From: Macrostomum lignano
Lineage: Eukaryota
Reading direction: 5' to 3'
Assembly (NCBI GenBank): GCA_002269645.1
Contig: NIVC01000505.1
Coordinates: forward strand, 133,988-197,987
Length of the DNA stretch: 64,000 nucleotides
Below the pieces are notes generated by a model. It saw nothing but the letters and a program-made list of their open reading frames with translations. It was not told the origin of the DNA and ran no database searches. A program made the position numbers and the translations under genes. Below are positions 1-12,445 of the stretch, in pieces (position 1 is the stretch's first letter; each line of letters begins with the position of its first letter).

Positions 1-60
1 TTGCCTGTGTTCCTCGGGTCGCTCTCCTGATCTCTCTCTCTCTCACTCTCTCCTCAGTCT

Positions 61-205
61 GACTCACCAGGCTGTCGAGTGGCCGACCGCCCACAGCCCT
101 CTCTCTTTTCCTTGATTCACCAGGCTGTCGAGTGGCCGACCGCCCGCAGCCCTCTCTCTCTTCCTTGACTCACCAGGCTGTCGAGTGGCCGCCCGCCCAC
201 AGCCG
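61..205. repeat. 53-nt tandem repeat, ~3 copies
   Basis: GA(C/T)TCACCAGGCTGTCGAGTGGCCG starts at 61, 114 and 167. Confidence 0.8.
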
Positions 206-983
206 CCCCTCCCCTCTCTCTCGACTTCTCAACCTTGACCTCCCCCCGAAGTGTCCGTACGCCTCGGGGTCGCCGATCGAGCTCGTAAGCCCTGGGCAGT
301 CTAGTACCCGAACCCCGACACCGCTACCCGTCGCCCAACCCGGCCGTGCCAGCGAGGAAGGGGGATACAACATAGACACGTAAAAGATGTGTGTGACATT
401 AATACATTAATTGGGAATGCGTGTGACAAGTAAGGAATGATTTTGAATTTCACAAAAAAGTCAATTAGCTAATATATCTGTGATATTACCATCTGTACAT
501 AACTGTAACATGGGTTTGTGTGATTATAAAACTAATTACGGAATACACGCAGGTATACGTACTGTATTTAATATATAGCGTTTAAACAAATCAATTTGTA
601 CCTAACAAAACTTTGCCACACTTGGCTGACGTCAACTGGCGCGTCTGAGCTGCTGGAAAAATATTTATAAGATTGATTTCTTAGAAAACCGCACGCTCTA
701 ATATCGTTAAAATCTCACTTGAGTGCAATATTGCTGATACAGAAAGTTTTCCATTCTTTATTACTATACCTCAGCTTCTTAGCTGAAGCTTACCTAGCTG
801 AGTTGCTAATGGAACAGCTTGTCAACAAAGAAAGCTTTACGAAAATAAACTGCACAAAAACAGGCATGTTGTATTCAAACACGAGCATCTGATCTGCTTG
901 CAACAGAAATCGATCGCTGTTTTTGCGCGTCAAAAAATTGATTTTTTTCGCGTAAAACCATAAAATAGTTGCTGAAATTCTGT

Positions 984-1570
984 GGCTCATGGGGGGAATT
1001 GCTGAGATGTCAAGGCTCATGGGGGGAATTGCTGAGATGTCAAGGCTCATGGGGGAATTGCTGAGATGCCAAGGCTCATGGGGGAATTGCTGAGATGCCA
1101 AGGCTCATGGGGGGAATTGCTGAGATGTCAAGTCTCATATCCGGGGGAATTGCTGAGATGTCAAGGCTCATGGGGGGAATTGCTGAGATGTCAAGGCTCA
1201 TGGGGGAATTGCTGAGATGTCAAGGCTCATGGGGGAATTGCTGAGATGCCAAGGCTCATGGGGGAATTGCTGAGATGCCAAGGCTCATGGGGGGAATTGC
1301 TGAGATGTCAAGTCTCATATCCGGGGGAATTGCTGAGATGTCAAGGCTCATGGGGGGAATTGCTGAGATGTCAAGGCTCATGGGGGGAATTGCTGAGATG
1401 TCAAGGCTCATGGGGGGAATTGCTGAGATGTCAAGGCTCATGGGGGGGATTGCTGAGATGCCAAGGCTCATGGGGAGAATATTACTGAGATGTCAAGGCT
1501 CATAGGGAGAATATTACTGAGATGTCAAGGCTCAAGGGGAGAATATTACTGAGATGTCAAGGCTCATGGG
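984..1570. repeat. 30-nt minisatellite, ~19 copies
   Basis: Unit GGCTCATGGGGGGAATTGCTGAGATGTCAA. Confidence 0.95.
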
Positions 1571-1828
1571 CAGAATTGTTAAATGCTTGGCTCATACATT
1601 TATGGGTTGCTCAAATGCCAAAGCACATAAGAGATCTGATATCCTTAGACTAAATAGCTGGATTTCAGATCGAATTCTGTTCTGCTTAAAAAATCGTTTT
1701 ATCAGAAATAGAAATCAACAATGGGTGACCGTACAAGGTCACAACCTATCTTTGTTCAAACATTTTTATCTGTAACTTTTTTCCACACATATCGTCACAA
1801 AAACACGTACGCGAGGATATATCCTTAC

Positions 1829-2549
1829 CAAGCTTTGAAACGCCAATTTCTTCCAGATCTTCCCAGGCCATGTTGGCTAAGTCTTGCACTAGCGCGAAGC
1901 CCTGCTGTCGAAGACAATCAGCGACACAGTCTGACAGGCCGAGGCGTTGACAGAACTGGCCGACATCGTCCATAGGATGAGCCGATGCTGCGGCCTCTTC
2001 AATTGAGTCAGGTAGCGCTGCCAGTCGCAAGTAGTTCGCCAGACGAACCAGCTCCTGGCGAAGGCGCTTTCGATGCTTGGGATCAGTCAGACCGACTGCG
2101 TTGAGATCTTCCGGAGTGCAGCGGATCAGCGTGGCCAGATCGTAGCCAGCCTCCTGGAAGTTGTCCAGATACAGACCGAACTGACAGGCATTGAGAAACT
2201 TTTCGAGCTGTTGCTCACTGCTCAGGCCGGCCCTGTGCCAATCTGCTGGGTTGTACGGAGGCTCGATGGTCAATTGATCGCCAGTCGAGCTGCTCACGGA
2301 CGAATTGGCATCGTCTGGCAGGCTGCCAAGACTACCCGAGGAGCACGTGCTTACTAGGCTCTGCCGTGGTCCCAGGCCGGAGTCTTGCGAGCCTCCAACG
2401 CGACTGGTGGAAGTGCAGGCGGCGGATCCTGCAACGCCTCCGCCACTGACACCAGCGGCTGCTGACGTTGCGACAGGAGCTCCAGTTGATGTCGATGCCA
2501 ATCGACTGTTGCTAGCGGTGCTGCTTTGCGGTGGCAGAGCGAAGGCGAC
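1829..2549 (-). CDS. CASKIN: Caskin exon 10, tandem SAM domains (gene continues past left edge)
   Basis: ttttag|GTC...G|gtaagg. SAM1 LEKFLNACQFGLYLDNFQEAGYDL...HRKRLRQEL. SAM2 VGQFCQRLGL...WEDLEEIGVSKLG, last helix not found in the window. Confidence 0.93.
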
Positions 2550-3075
2550 CTAAAATGTCAATGTTTCATGCTTTTCTGACTTCGTTCATGTAAAAATACT
2601 GTAAGCTTGCGCGTAATCTACTGCTAGTAGAGCGCTGAAGATTTACTTATTATAGTTTAATTAGATTTAGCGGGTTTTAGCCTGTGTTTTTGGAGGTTAA
2701 TCAAAAACCTCATGGAAAACAGGTAAAATCGATTGGTAGAAGAAATTGTGACAATCATTAGGTTTTCCGCTCTAAATTAAAAGATAGCGTTTCTTGCCTT
2801 TTTACGGTACATGTTCTACCAATAAATATTAAAATATTATGGATCATACCAGCGTAGATTATGCACATGACAAGCGTCGGAACGTTTGAAAAAGTGGGGG
2901 GCAGGTGGTACCCATTGATGCCCCGGCCCCCGACTTCAAAAGTGGCGCTCCATGGACTTCCATGGACCATGGCCTATGATACATATGGAAAATTCAGTGT
3001 TATTGGAATATTCTTTGCAATGAGACAAAAGTAATCCTAAACTTTATAGTAGCTCTTTTACACACCACTTTGCAA

Positions 3076-3149
3076 GGCCGAGTAGCTCAGTTGGTTAGAG
3101 CGTCGTGCTGATAACGCGAAGGTCGAGGGTTCGAGCCCCTCCCCGGCCA
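3076..3149 (+). tRNA. tRNA-Ile, anticodon GAT
   Basis: GGCCGAG/CCCGGCC acceptor stem (one mismatch). A box TAGCTCAGTTGG. Anticodon arm TCGTG-CT GAT AA-CGCGA (GAT at 3110-3112). T arm GAGGG-TTCGAGC-CCCTC, discriminator A, T6 Pol III terminator just downstream. Confidence 0.9.
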
Positions 3150-3207
3150 GATATTTTTTCAGATTTTTATTTCAAGTTTGGCTTTCATTCGGGTAATTTT
3201 TTCTTAC

Positions 3208-3770
3208 CCTAGAATCGCAGCTGGTTGCCGTGTGAGAACTGCTCCGACCGCTATCAAGGCTGGCCGCGCTGTTCCTGTTGCCGCTGCCACCGCCACTGAT
3301 TCCCGGAGGCGACGGCGCCCCGATGCCAACAACGGCAGAATCCGACGAATTCGTTGACGCAGCCGAAGTTTGTGTTGAAATTGGCAGCTGCGGAATTGCG
3401 CAAGGCACGAGGCCCTCCGAATGCCGGCCGGCTTGGTGGTTAAAATAACCTGTGCCGGCCTGTTGGAGGTGACTTGGCAGAGGCGGATGCGAAGTTGAAC
3501 CAACCGACAGACTCCTGCCGCCAGTCGATGCGTCATTTGATCCTGATGGCGGTCTTTGCTCCGGCTGATGTCGACTAGCTTGGATTTGCACGGCGCTGCT
3601 TGGGAAGTAGCCAGCCCTGGACAGGCCCTGGCTAGTGACGTAGCCCTTCCAGATGTCACCGGCGCGCTCCAGCACGGTGAGTCTCTCACCGCACCGAAAT
3701 GCGATGCTTTTAGGGTCGGCTAGATCGCAGAAATCGCGAACAGCGACGGCCTCGACCGCTGATAGGCGTT
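3208..3770 (-). CDS. CASKIN: Caskin exon 9, SH3 domain plus Ser-rich linker
   Basis: ctgcag|AA...AGG|gtaaga. Contains AVAVRDFCDLADPKSIAFRCGERLTVLERAGDIWKG...RAGYFPSS (SH3). Confidence 0.93.
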
Positions 3771-4409
3771 CTGCAGAAGTTGCATGTTGGTAAACGACAG
3801 ATTTCCGCTTCAAATTAAAATAATGTAAATTTCTGCTTTATTAAACAGTATACAAAACATATCGGCAAAAAAGCACTTTTTCCATGTTTCATTACCTATG
3901 AAGAGATTTTTGAGAAAATAAAAGGTTTAATGAATTCCAGATTAAAAATAAACGACATTTCGTCTGTTGATTTTGTTTTTAACCAATTTTATTAAATCGA
4001 AAGTATGTATGATCGTCTAATGCCTTGTGCAATAATTACCTTTATAAAGTTGTTTTTCGATACATATCGGATGAAAAGTTTCATTGCACTTTTTCGTGAA
4101 TTCTTTTAAAACGTTTATTGATTGGAGCAAAAAATTTAAAGACAGCAGATGTCGGGTCAATTTAAATCGGATCAATTTATTTTCAGTTTCAAAAGCATTT
4201 TTTCGCGAAACGACTGCAACAAACAATTGATTCACTAAATAAATTGCTAACACCCAGTACTGATAGCCACAATATTCATTATTTCCGAATCACGATGCGG
4301 CTGTCTGCCGTCTGCTCTTTGATTTATGATAGCTATTGCGGGAATTGAAAGTATTTTATGCTTATAGAATCCGTATTTTATTCGGTTGCTGGTTGTAGTT
4401 TTTCCCAGT

Positions 4410-4800
4410 TGCTCTTTTAGCTAGTATTGGGGGAGCTAGTTTAGTTGCTATGGCGCTAGTCCTGTTTCTAGGGGAGCTAATATAGTTTCTAGGGGAGCTA
4501 GTCATGTTGCTAGGGAGCTAGTCTTGTTGCTAGGACGCTAGTACTGTTGCTAGGGCAACTATTTTTGTTGCTAGGGCGCTAGTCCTGTTGCTAGGGCGAC
4601 TATTTTTGTTGCTAGGGCGCTAGTCCTGTTGCTAGGGCAGCTAATATAGTTTCTAGGGGAGCTAGTCTTGTAGCTAGGGAAGCCAGTTATGTTGCTCTGG
4701 TAGCTAGTCTTGTTGCTAGGGCAGCTTAGTCATGTTGCTAGGGGAGCCAGTTATGTTGCTAGGGGAGCCAATCATGTTGCTAGGGCAGCTAATATTGTAG
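4410..4800. repeat. Degenerate ~21-nt minisatellite
   Basis: Recurrent CTAGTC(C/T)TGTTGCTAGGG. Confidence 0.85.
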
Positions 4801-5641
4801 TCAGGGTAGCCAATATTGTTGTCTAAGTACAAAAATATTGTATCTTAAGTCATTACCAAACTAAATATTTGCCAGTCAGTATCTTAGTTATGTTTGGTGG
4901 CATTTTACCATTTGTGACATTCCAAAGTACTTTTCAGCGGCTTCAATGTAAAAAAGTCTATTTTCAGGAGAAAGGAATTGAATACAAAAAGTGCACGAAT
5001 TAGCTTGTATCCAGGAATAGCTAGCGACTCCCATTTGGCATGTAATGCAAAGAAGCCTCCATGACACACGCGGATCGAAGCTGTAAAAAATATCATAACC
5101 ACAGCGACCTCGGCGCCCTAAAAGTCTGAACGACGATATAAGTCTTAACGACCAAAACTTTTTTGGGCTACAGTTTGGTCGTTTTATGATCTTGCGTTTT
5201 GCGAGTTATGGCATGAAGCACAAGTACAAATACTGAGCGTATTGAGTAATAAATACAATTTCGAAAGGCAGAAAGTTAAACCACGAGTAATTAATTTTGT
5301 TAGATATCAATCTATCTACGAGTATCTCGTTATGCATTGCATTGCATGTGTCCATTCAGAGCTTGTTTATTAAAACAAAAAAACTATGTAGCCATTCACG
5401 AAAGGCAAATTAGAGTGTTTATTATTCTATATACGAACCAACATCATATAAACTACGCAAAATATTTTTTTGTATTTTTTAAAGATTTGTTTAACTGCAG
5501 TTTGATTTCTCAGAAAAATTTATCAACCAATAAAAATACATTTCCCCTAATTAAATCTGACTATTGATTTAGGTATTTTGTTAAATTTTGTAAAACTTCC
5601 ACCAGCCATTAAAACTTTCGAATTCGATTGAAGTTACTCAC

Positions 5642-5744
5642 CCGACAGCATCTGATTGAGCTCCCTCGCGTGCGGCGTGTCTCTCGTTATCAAATCTTTT
5701 GCAGTCTGCCCGTTGCTGTTCTGCAGTGTCGGATCAATGCCTCG
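5642..5744 (-). CDS. CASKIN: Caskin exon 8, end of last ankyrin repeat
   Basis: ttgcag|CGA...G|gtgagt. Encodes RGIDPTLQNSNGQTAKDLITRDTPHARELNQMLS and continues LLE| of exon 7 directly. Confidence 0.92.
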
Positions 5745-6504
5745 CTGCAATTCGAAAACAGGAAAGGATTATAACAAAATCGATCGAGCTGAGAAGAGGA
5801 GAACGAGAGGATGTGTGTGTAAGGCGTCCTTCGGATCAATACTAGTTGGCTACCAACATCTCAGGCATATTGGCTGAATTAACTTTTTTGGACATTTGCC
5901 AAGAATTAAATATTCAATCATGGTAAAGTTGCAATGGACAGGCTGAATTCTACAAGATTACAATATTGGACCACCCAAATACTACATGGAATCCAAATCA
6001 GGATAGAAATTGTTTAATTATGATGCTGCTACCAAACCCATCGGTTTTTGCACTAACTCATTGCCCACAGGCCTGAAGTCGCCTCATAAATTAGTTCTTA
6101 GTTGCAAGCCGGAATCGAGGCCATATTGCCTGCACAACACAAAATATGCAGCCGGCGCGTCCTGCCTTTCTCTCTTGATCTTGTTCCCGTATTTTAGCCG
6201 CGCGCTATCGAAAAGAAGATAAACAAATTCTCTGATAGTTGAGAGTCTTCGCCTGTAGGGGATCGTAAAAGGCTTTAAAGAACCAGAATTCCCTATATGG
6301 CTATCTATAGATATACAAAACTGGAATGCAACGTTGTTCTGGTTGTATAGCATATGCCCAATAGTTTTGCGAAAACTGATCAAGGATGCGCTGAAGCAAT
6401 TCATTAGGTTAGGTACATGTACACTTGATGAGAGATAAAGAGCCTGCTTAATTAACCTCTCTCCAGTTCACCCTGATTTGACTGCTCCACAAATCGAAAC
6501 TCAC

Positions 6505-6810
6505 TGGCAACGAGTCACTGCCGTAGCAGCTCAAACTCAAACTATTCGATCGCGGCGGTCTATAAGGCAAAACAATGGCCGGGCCCCCGGCCGCAGGCAT
6601 GAATACACTGCCATTGCTGCCACCGACTGAGTTTCCCAAACTGCCGATGCTACTGCCGCTACTGTGTGACTGTCGACCAGCTACAAATGCTGGGACGCCT
6701 TGAGCAGCTCGTTCGGCTGCTGTGCGAAGTCTGAGCTTGACAGTGTCCAAGCGTAACGGGCCCAACGGAGGGGGAATCTCAAAAGGCAACGGAGCTAATT
6801 GTTGTTGCTG

Positions 6811-6842
<32 letters not shown>

Positions 6843-7044
6843 GCTGCTGCTGCTGCGATCGAAACAATGTCGGAGACGCTGGAGGCTGAGTTGTCAACGG
6901 TCGTCGATGCGGCGGAGGCGGTGGCGGTGACGGCTGCGTCTGTCGACTACCAGTCGTCGATTTGGACACCGATTTGTCCAGAAACTCGGCCGGTGGAGGC
7001 GGAAGCGCTTCCGGATTCACTGAGTAAACTTTGCTGCCCAGCAT
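6505..7044 (-). CDS. CASKIN: Putative alternative Caskin exon (Pro/Gln/Ser-rich, 180 codons)
   Basis: GC-rich stop-free ORF from ATG 7044 with LPPPP motifs and poly-Q. Strong phase-0 donor CCA|gtgagt at 6504 is in frame with exon 8. Its internal acceptor (7019) is phase 1, so it cannot follow exon 7 in frame. Confidence 0.6.
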
Positions 7045-7427
7045 TTCAGTGTTAAAGTGGCTTTTCTATGACTCGCTATTCAATTAGGCTTGGCTTCGTA
7101 GCATGATAGCGCAAGTCTTTCCAGCGTTTAAGGACAAGGTGAAGTATCTTTAAACGGAACGTCAAAGTCTGTGACAACCAACAGTAGCCTGTCTGTGTGC
7201 AGTTTTTAGGAATTAATTCTAAACAAGCTGCTTGTATCGCTTGAGCTTTACGGTTTTTAAATCTCAGAGTTGCGTCGAAAAATAAGCATAATATTTTTGG
7301 GCAAGAGTGGAGGACAGGGCAGGTTTTCGAAATTTTGCATTGTTCAGCTCTCTTCTCTCATCTAACGATGAGACAACTACCATGAGTTGGGCTTGTGCAA
7401 GTTCGCCAGCAATGTACACGCTAGGGC

Positions 7428-7464
<37 letters not shown>

Positions 7465-9179
7465 TTAAGGCGAGAGAGGCGAGAGAGCGAAGCCGAGATG
7501 AAAAGCAAATTGCGCTCAACCACGCAGTTGCTCATGGGTATATGAGATATAAACCTGTCCCTTGGTGCTCTGTAGATGTCTGCTAGCTAGCCAGGTCGCA
7601 TCTGAACAGGTATCTTTCTTCGAATTATATTCGAGCTCAGCTAGGTGCGTTTACATCAACTGTCTCTCTAAACTCTTCGAAAAAATAGTGCTCACAATTA
7701 AATGATAGCTTTCTCCAGTCTGTGCAAGCAGCCTCTATACTCGTGCAATCCACTTTAACCGCACACCGTGCCCAAGTCCCCAGCATCTTCTTTGAGATTT
7801 TTATCTCAGACCCAAAAGCTGAAAAAGTACCCATATACGGGCACAATGGAGATGCAGGGTAAAAATAAGGGCCCACCCTATTATTGCAATAATTGTTGCA
7901 TGCAATTAACCACTTAGATTTTTTTAGTAGGGCGTGCTATTTTAATAATTTCAAATTGTTGGCAAGTGTAAATTTTTTTTTTAACTGAATCAAGTTTTGG
8001 CCTGTCAGTCACGCCTTCTGCACGCTGTTCCTGATCAAACACAGCTGGCTTAGAAAACTATAAAATTGGAGTCTACTCAAGTATGGTACCTATACAACTT
8101 TCCCTTCTACAACTCGTATATAAGCTTTAGCCGCGAATAGAGATACTCGTTGATCAGAATGAGTCCGAAATCCACGATGACTCATCGACGTTATGTTTCC
8201 CCTGCAGCAGCTACGAGCCCTTGCGCCTGACCATTGACTATAGCAAGCGTTTCTCTTCCCATTCCTTATCTTCTCTCTTCCCTCTTTCATTCCATATTAC
8301 TGGTCGACTTGTTCGCCAACAGAAATTCAATTTGCTCCCTTGTGCATCATGGATACATGCAGGGAGGGGAGAGTTCGACCCCGTCTACTCATGGTCAGAG
8401 AGTCGAAATGGTCGAATCTGTTTTATTATTTGAGTTGTCGATGAACGGACTCTGGATGACTCATGCGTGCTGCGCCCTATAGAGATGAAGTTTTACAGCT
8501 CAGCGGTCGGCAAAGTCCGAACGAAGCCTCTCTATCCGGCCCTCGGGTCCTTTGAAAATTCACAGTAGCAATCCGAAAATGTCTCGTCTCAACTCTATTC
8601 TCTATATCCTCTTCCTCTATCTTCTATTTCCTCTCCTTCCTCTATCATCTTGTCTGCAGCCGTGAGAACTAGAATAGATTAAATCCAGCCCCTGGTTTTC
8701 GAGGAGTATACACATGTCGATCACTTTCGAATCTTCGCCAAGATTTCGGTAATTCGAAAATAATATTGTGTAGCAAGATTACTGAGATTTCTGAGGTCGT
8801 GCTTCTCCTTGGAGGCATTTCTCCTTGAAGAATACTTTCTTTTGAAGTTTAGCGACTTTAGCCTTGAACAGAATGAATCATCTTTGTTTTACTGCGCTGT
8901 TTCGGCTCTGTCTTGCTACACGGGTGACTTTAATTTCTAAATTAAACGAAATTAACGTCTGTTGAAGCGAATTTTAAAAATAATTAGCCCGCATCAAAAT
9001 AACAAATTTAGATTAGCTAGTGAGAACTGCGCAAAACATAAGATAGACACTTAATCAGATTATGAACATGTTCTATCCAGTACATTTTTTATTAGAAGCA
9101 GGGGGTTGTGTGCATTCTGGCGCACGTTAAGCGACATTGTAACACAACCGGCGAGAGGCATTTCTGCCCATTCGGCCGA

Positions 9180-9400
9180 CTCCCCTGAGCAGGCACACAA
9201 GCGCGCAGGCACACTCACACAGGAGTGTACAGCGGCCCTAACTTTATTTATCTTTAGGCATGTACACTTCACTGTGGCCCTCAAGGCGGCCGTTAATTAG
9301 AGATCCCAAATTAGCCCCAAATTAATGTGAGTGCACTTGGAATCGAGCCTGGGCCGCTGGAACATCAGAGAGCCGCGCCAGACCGCTGGGCTACGGCCCC
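9180..9400 (-). mobile_element. tRNA-derived SINE family 2
   Basis: Minus strand starts GGGGCCGTAGCCCAGCGGT (A box)...GGCTCGATTCC (B box). Second copy at 25550-26036. Confidence 0.65.
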
Positions 9401-9507
9401 CTATCCCATGCATGCATCTTATCTCATTTTCAGAGAGTGCACATTGTGGCCCCAAAACAAGAGAGCATCAAGTCTTTAAGCTCCGAATCGTTGCAGCTCA
9501 AGCTCAC

Positions 9508-9619
9508 CTCAAGCAGCAGTCGAGCAGCATCTAGATGACCATGTGCCACAGCCAGGTGCAGACAGGTGCCCTGAGCAGTCAGACGGTTCACATTAACACC
9601 GGATTGATTCAGTAGCAGT
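9508..9619 (-). CDS. CASKIN: Caskin exon 7, ankyrin repeat
   Basis: tttcag|A...GAG|gtgagc. Encodes LLLNQSGVNVNRLTAQGTCLHLAVAHGHLDAARLLLE, ends phase 0. Confidence 0.93.
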
Positions 9620-10499
9620 CTGAAAATTTGGTAAAACAACAAACTTTAGACGAATCGATTCTCAATCAGTGCTCAGAGAAAGTCAATTTGAAAATTTTGG
9701 AATTCGGAAAGTCTAGTTTTAACAGAGAAAGATACGATATAATAAAACTTTTGCATCCTATGTTAATTATCCACTATACTACTTCGTATATATATTTTAC
9801 CAAGCTAGCCAGTAACTCCGCAAACGAAAATCCTAAATATTTGAGTTGACCATAAAACACTGACCCAGAATGCATATAGATAAGACTGTGAGAGGTGGGG
9901 GTTCAGGAAACTACTCCAAGCGAGAGGTCAAGGATGCCCTCTGTTTCCTATATATATATATATACGATATCTAAAGACCATACTGGAGGAACCTCTGCAA
10001 CTGAGGGGTCACGTCCTTAAAATGTAACGACGATAAGAGGTGCTGCGTGTGCGCATGGGCAATTATATCACTCGGCCATGCGGTAGTTAACATGTATAGA
10101 AGCAGTGCCAATACTGTTCAGAGGATAATGGATAGCGCTAGAATTTCTCTCACAACAAAACGTTGATAAACCAGAGGTTTGACCCTTTTTACAGCTTTGT
10201 TTCTATGAATTGATGATAACCAGCTAGTTGAAGATAAAAGCAAGGCTTTTTTGGGAGATTAAAAAAAAATTGAAAGCACTTTGTTCTTCCTAAAGTGGCA
10301 CTTGGGAATTGGGATTAGTAGGAGTCATCGAGTTACAAAAAAAACAGTTAAAATATATATTTTAACTAGTTGAAAATCTATATTTCAAAATGGCCTGCTT
10401 TAGCAAGATTAATCCAGTGATAAAAAGAAATGAGAGGAAAGACGGGGATACAGATCTATATTACAGAAATTGGATAGAGTGCGATATAGATAGGCAGCT

Positions 10500-10700
10500 A
10501 GAGGATTAGGTGAAGTAGGCAGAAAGGGAGGTGGAGAGGTAGAGAGTGAGGTGGTAGAGAGGTACAGAGAGGTAGAGAGGGAGGCAGACAGGGAAGTAGA
10601 GGGAGAGAGGTAGAGAGGGAGGCAGACAAGGAAGTAGAGGGAGAGAGGTAGAGAGGGAGGCAGACAGGGAATTAGAGGGAGAGAGGTAGAGAGGGAGGCG
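10500..10700. repeat. GA-rich ~36-nt tandem repeat
   Basis: AGAGGTAGAGAGGGAGGCAGACAGGGAAGTAGAGGG repeats. Confidence 0.8.
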
Positions 10701-10758
10701 GTAGAGGCACAGGAGCACAGGGGAGCAGTGCTGTCAGTCTCCCAGATCAGTGCCTCAC

Positions 10759-10925
10759 CGCAGCACATCCGTGTGGCCATTCCTAGCCGTCAAATGCAGA
10801 CAAGACGGCAGATTCTGCTGCTGCCGCTTTGTGCCCTCTTTTGCGTCGTCGGCGGCAGTAAAGAAGTGGCAATCTTCGTACAGCAGACCGGTAACCGACT
10901 TCATGGACACGAGCAGCTGGGCGAT
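10759..10925 (-). CDS. CASKIN: Caskin exon 6, ankyrin repeat with insertion
   Basis: acacag|ATC...CG|gtgagg. Encodes IAQLLVSMK...LPSCLHLTARNGHTDVLR. Confidence 0.9.
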
Positions 10926-11289
10926 CTGTGTTGGTTCGAGAAAAAAACAAGGGCACTTTGCTACTAAAGTTACGAATTTCCGTATAGAAACCACACATGG
11001 GGTTGTAAAAGCCAGAGGACCCACTGCGGCAAAGACAGGAAGTTCTCATCTGAATCTACTCAGTGCATGCAGCGGAGCAGGTTATAATTCGAATTTTATA
11101 GCTCCTTCGCTTTCTTTATGCGGAAGGTGAGGCCTGGATAGTAAAGCTTTATGCTGCGTAGAAAAAAACGTAAACGTAATTTCTCGTGGCTTGAAAATCT
11201 GAAAATAATTTTACTATTAAATATGAAAGATCTATAAAGCTAAAATACGAAATTAAGTCATTTAAAACGTATAAGATCTAGACGCGTTC

Positions 11290-11520
11290 ACAGGACACTG
11301 AGGCACTTACAGAGGACTTACAGGACACTGAGACACATACAGAGGACTTACAGGACAATGAGACACCCACAAAGGACTTACGGGACACCAAGACACCTAC
11401 AGAGGACTTACAGGACACTGAGACACACAGGAGTTACAGTATACTGAGACACCTACAGAAAACTTACAAGACACTGAGACACATACAGAGGACTTACAGA
11501 AGAACTTACTGAGACATACA
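11290..11520. repeat. Degenerate tandem repeat
   Basis: ACAGAGGACTTACAGGACACTGAGACAC units. Confidence 0.8.
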
Positions 11521-11654
11521 GAAGGAATACACACAGACATCTCAGATGAGTAGACAGAAGACCTACACGACAATGTGACACCAAACAGAAGACTCACAAG
11601 ACAGAGTACCTTATAAAAAAGTAAAAAAGGCAAGGAAAGTTAGACAAGACTCAC

Positions 11655-11750
11655 CGAAAAATGCCCAAACTCGCAAGCCGCATCAAATGCTGTTCGGCCA
11701 TCTTCTGTTCGCAGCATCGGATCGGCATTGTTGCACAATAGTAGCTTCAC
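11655..11750 (-). CDS. CASKIN: Caskin exon 5, ankyrin repeat
   Basis: caacag|GTG...TCG|gtgagt. Encodes VKLLLCNNADPMLRTEDGRTAFDAACEFGHFS, phase 0-0. Confidence 0.93.
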
Positions 11751-11928
11751 CTGTTGGTTGTTTGTTGGTTATTAGCTATTGTTACAATCCATGTTGCATA
11801 CTATAATAGTGATAGTCTTTCTGTATTTGGCAATTTATAGAGCTTTAACTCCCGTCTTAGGTATTTAAAGCAAAGATCATATCGACAACATCAAAGGGGG
11901 TCTGCGGTGTGATCAATAATTCTCTTAC

Positions 11929-12074
11929 CACATCGTAGTGTCCACCTTGGCAAGCGAGATGCAGCGGAGTCTGGCCGCCAGCGGCCACCGCGTTGATGGA
12001 GCTGTTCCATTTCAGCAGTAGGTGTACGGAGTCAAAATGACCCTGATAACTGGCCACGTGAAGTGGGGTCAGGC
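11929..12074 (-). CDS. CASKIN: Caskin exon 4, ankyrin repeats
   Basis: cggcag|GC...GTG|gtaaga. Encodes LTPLHVASYQGHFDSVHLLLKWNSSINAVAAGGQTPLHLACQGGHYDV. Confidence 0.95.
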
Positions 12075-12136
12075 CTGCCGATTTACAATGCAGTTATTAA
12101 TTATTGAATTGATTAGTAAGCAATAATTTACATTCC

Positions 12137-12361
12137 GCTGACAGCTCAGCCGCAGCTATTGCGCGGCGCATCTGAAGGCTGCGTACGGCTGTTCAGTCCA
12201 AGGACTGGGAGTCACCACACACACCCTCAATTACCCCAGCTAATGCTGGCACCCATTTTACAGCTGGGTGAACTGAAGCAATGCAGAGTTAAGTGTCTTG
12301 CTCAAGGACACAAATTGTTCCGAATGGGTACGGTGCTCCAAGTTCTAACCACTAGGCCACA
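12137..12361 (-). mobile_element. SINE family 1 copy with partly deleted head
   Basis: Same body sequence in reverse orientation, within Caskin intron 3. Confidence 0.78.
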
Positions 12362-12445
12362 AAGCCTTCCTTTGATGAACAGTTTATTTATAGGTTCAAT
12401 CAGCGAGTCTTAAAATCTGCATGTTTTTTCGTCTCAATATATATA

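Noticed and set aside
602-652. Phase-compatible 51-nt candidate next Caskin exon (AQTRQLTSAKCGKVLL)
   Set aside because: It does not supply the expected final SAM helix (H-x-K-K-I/L type) and has no other support.
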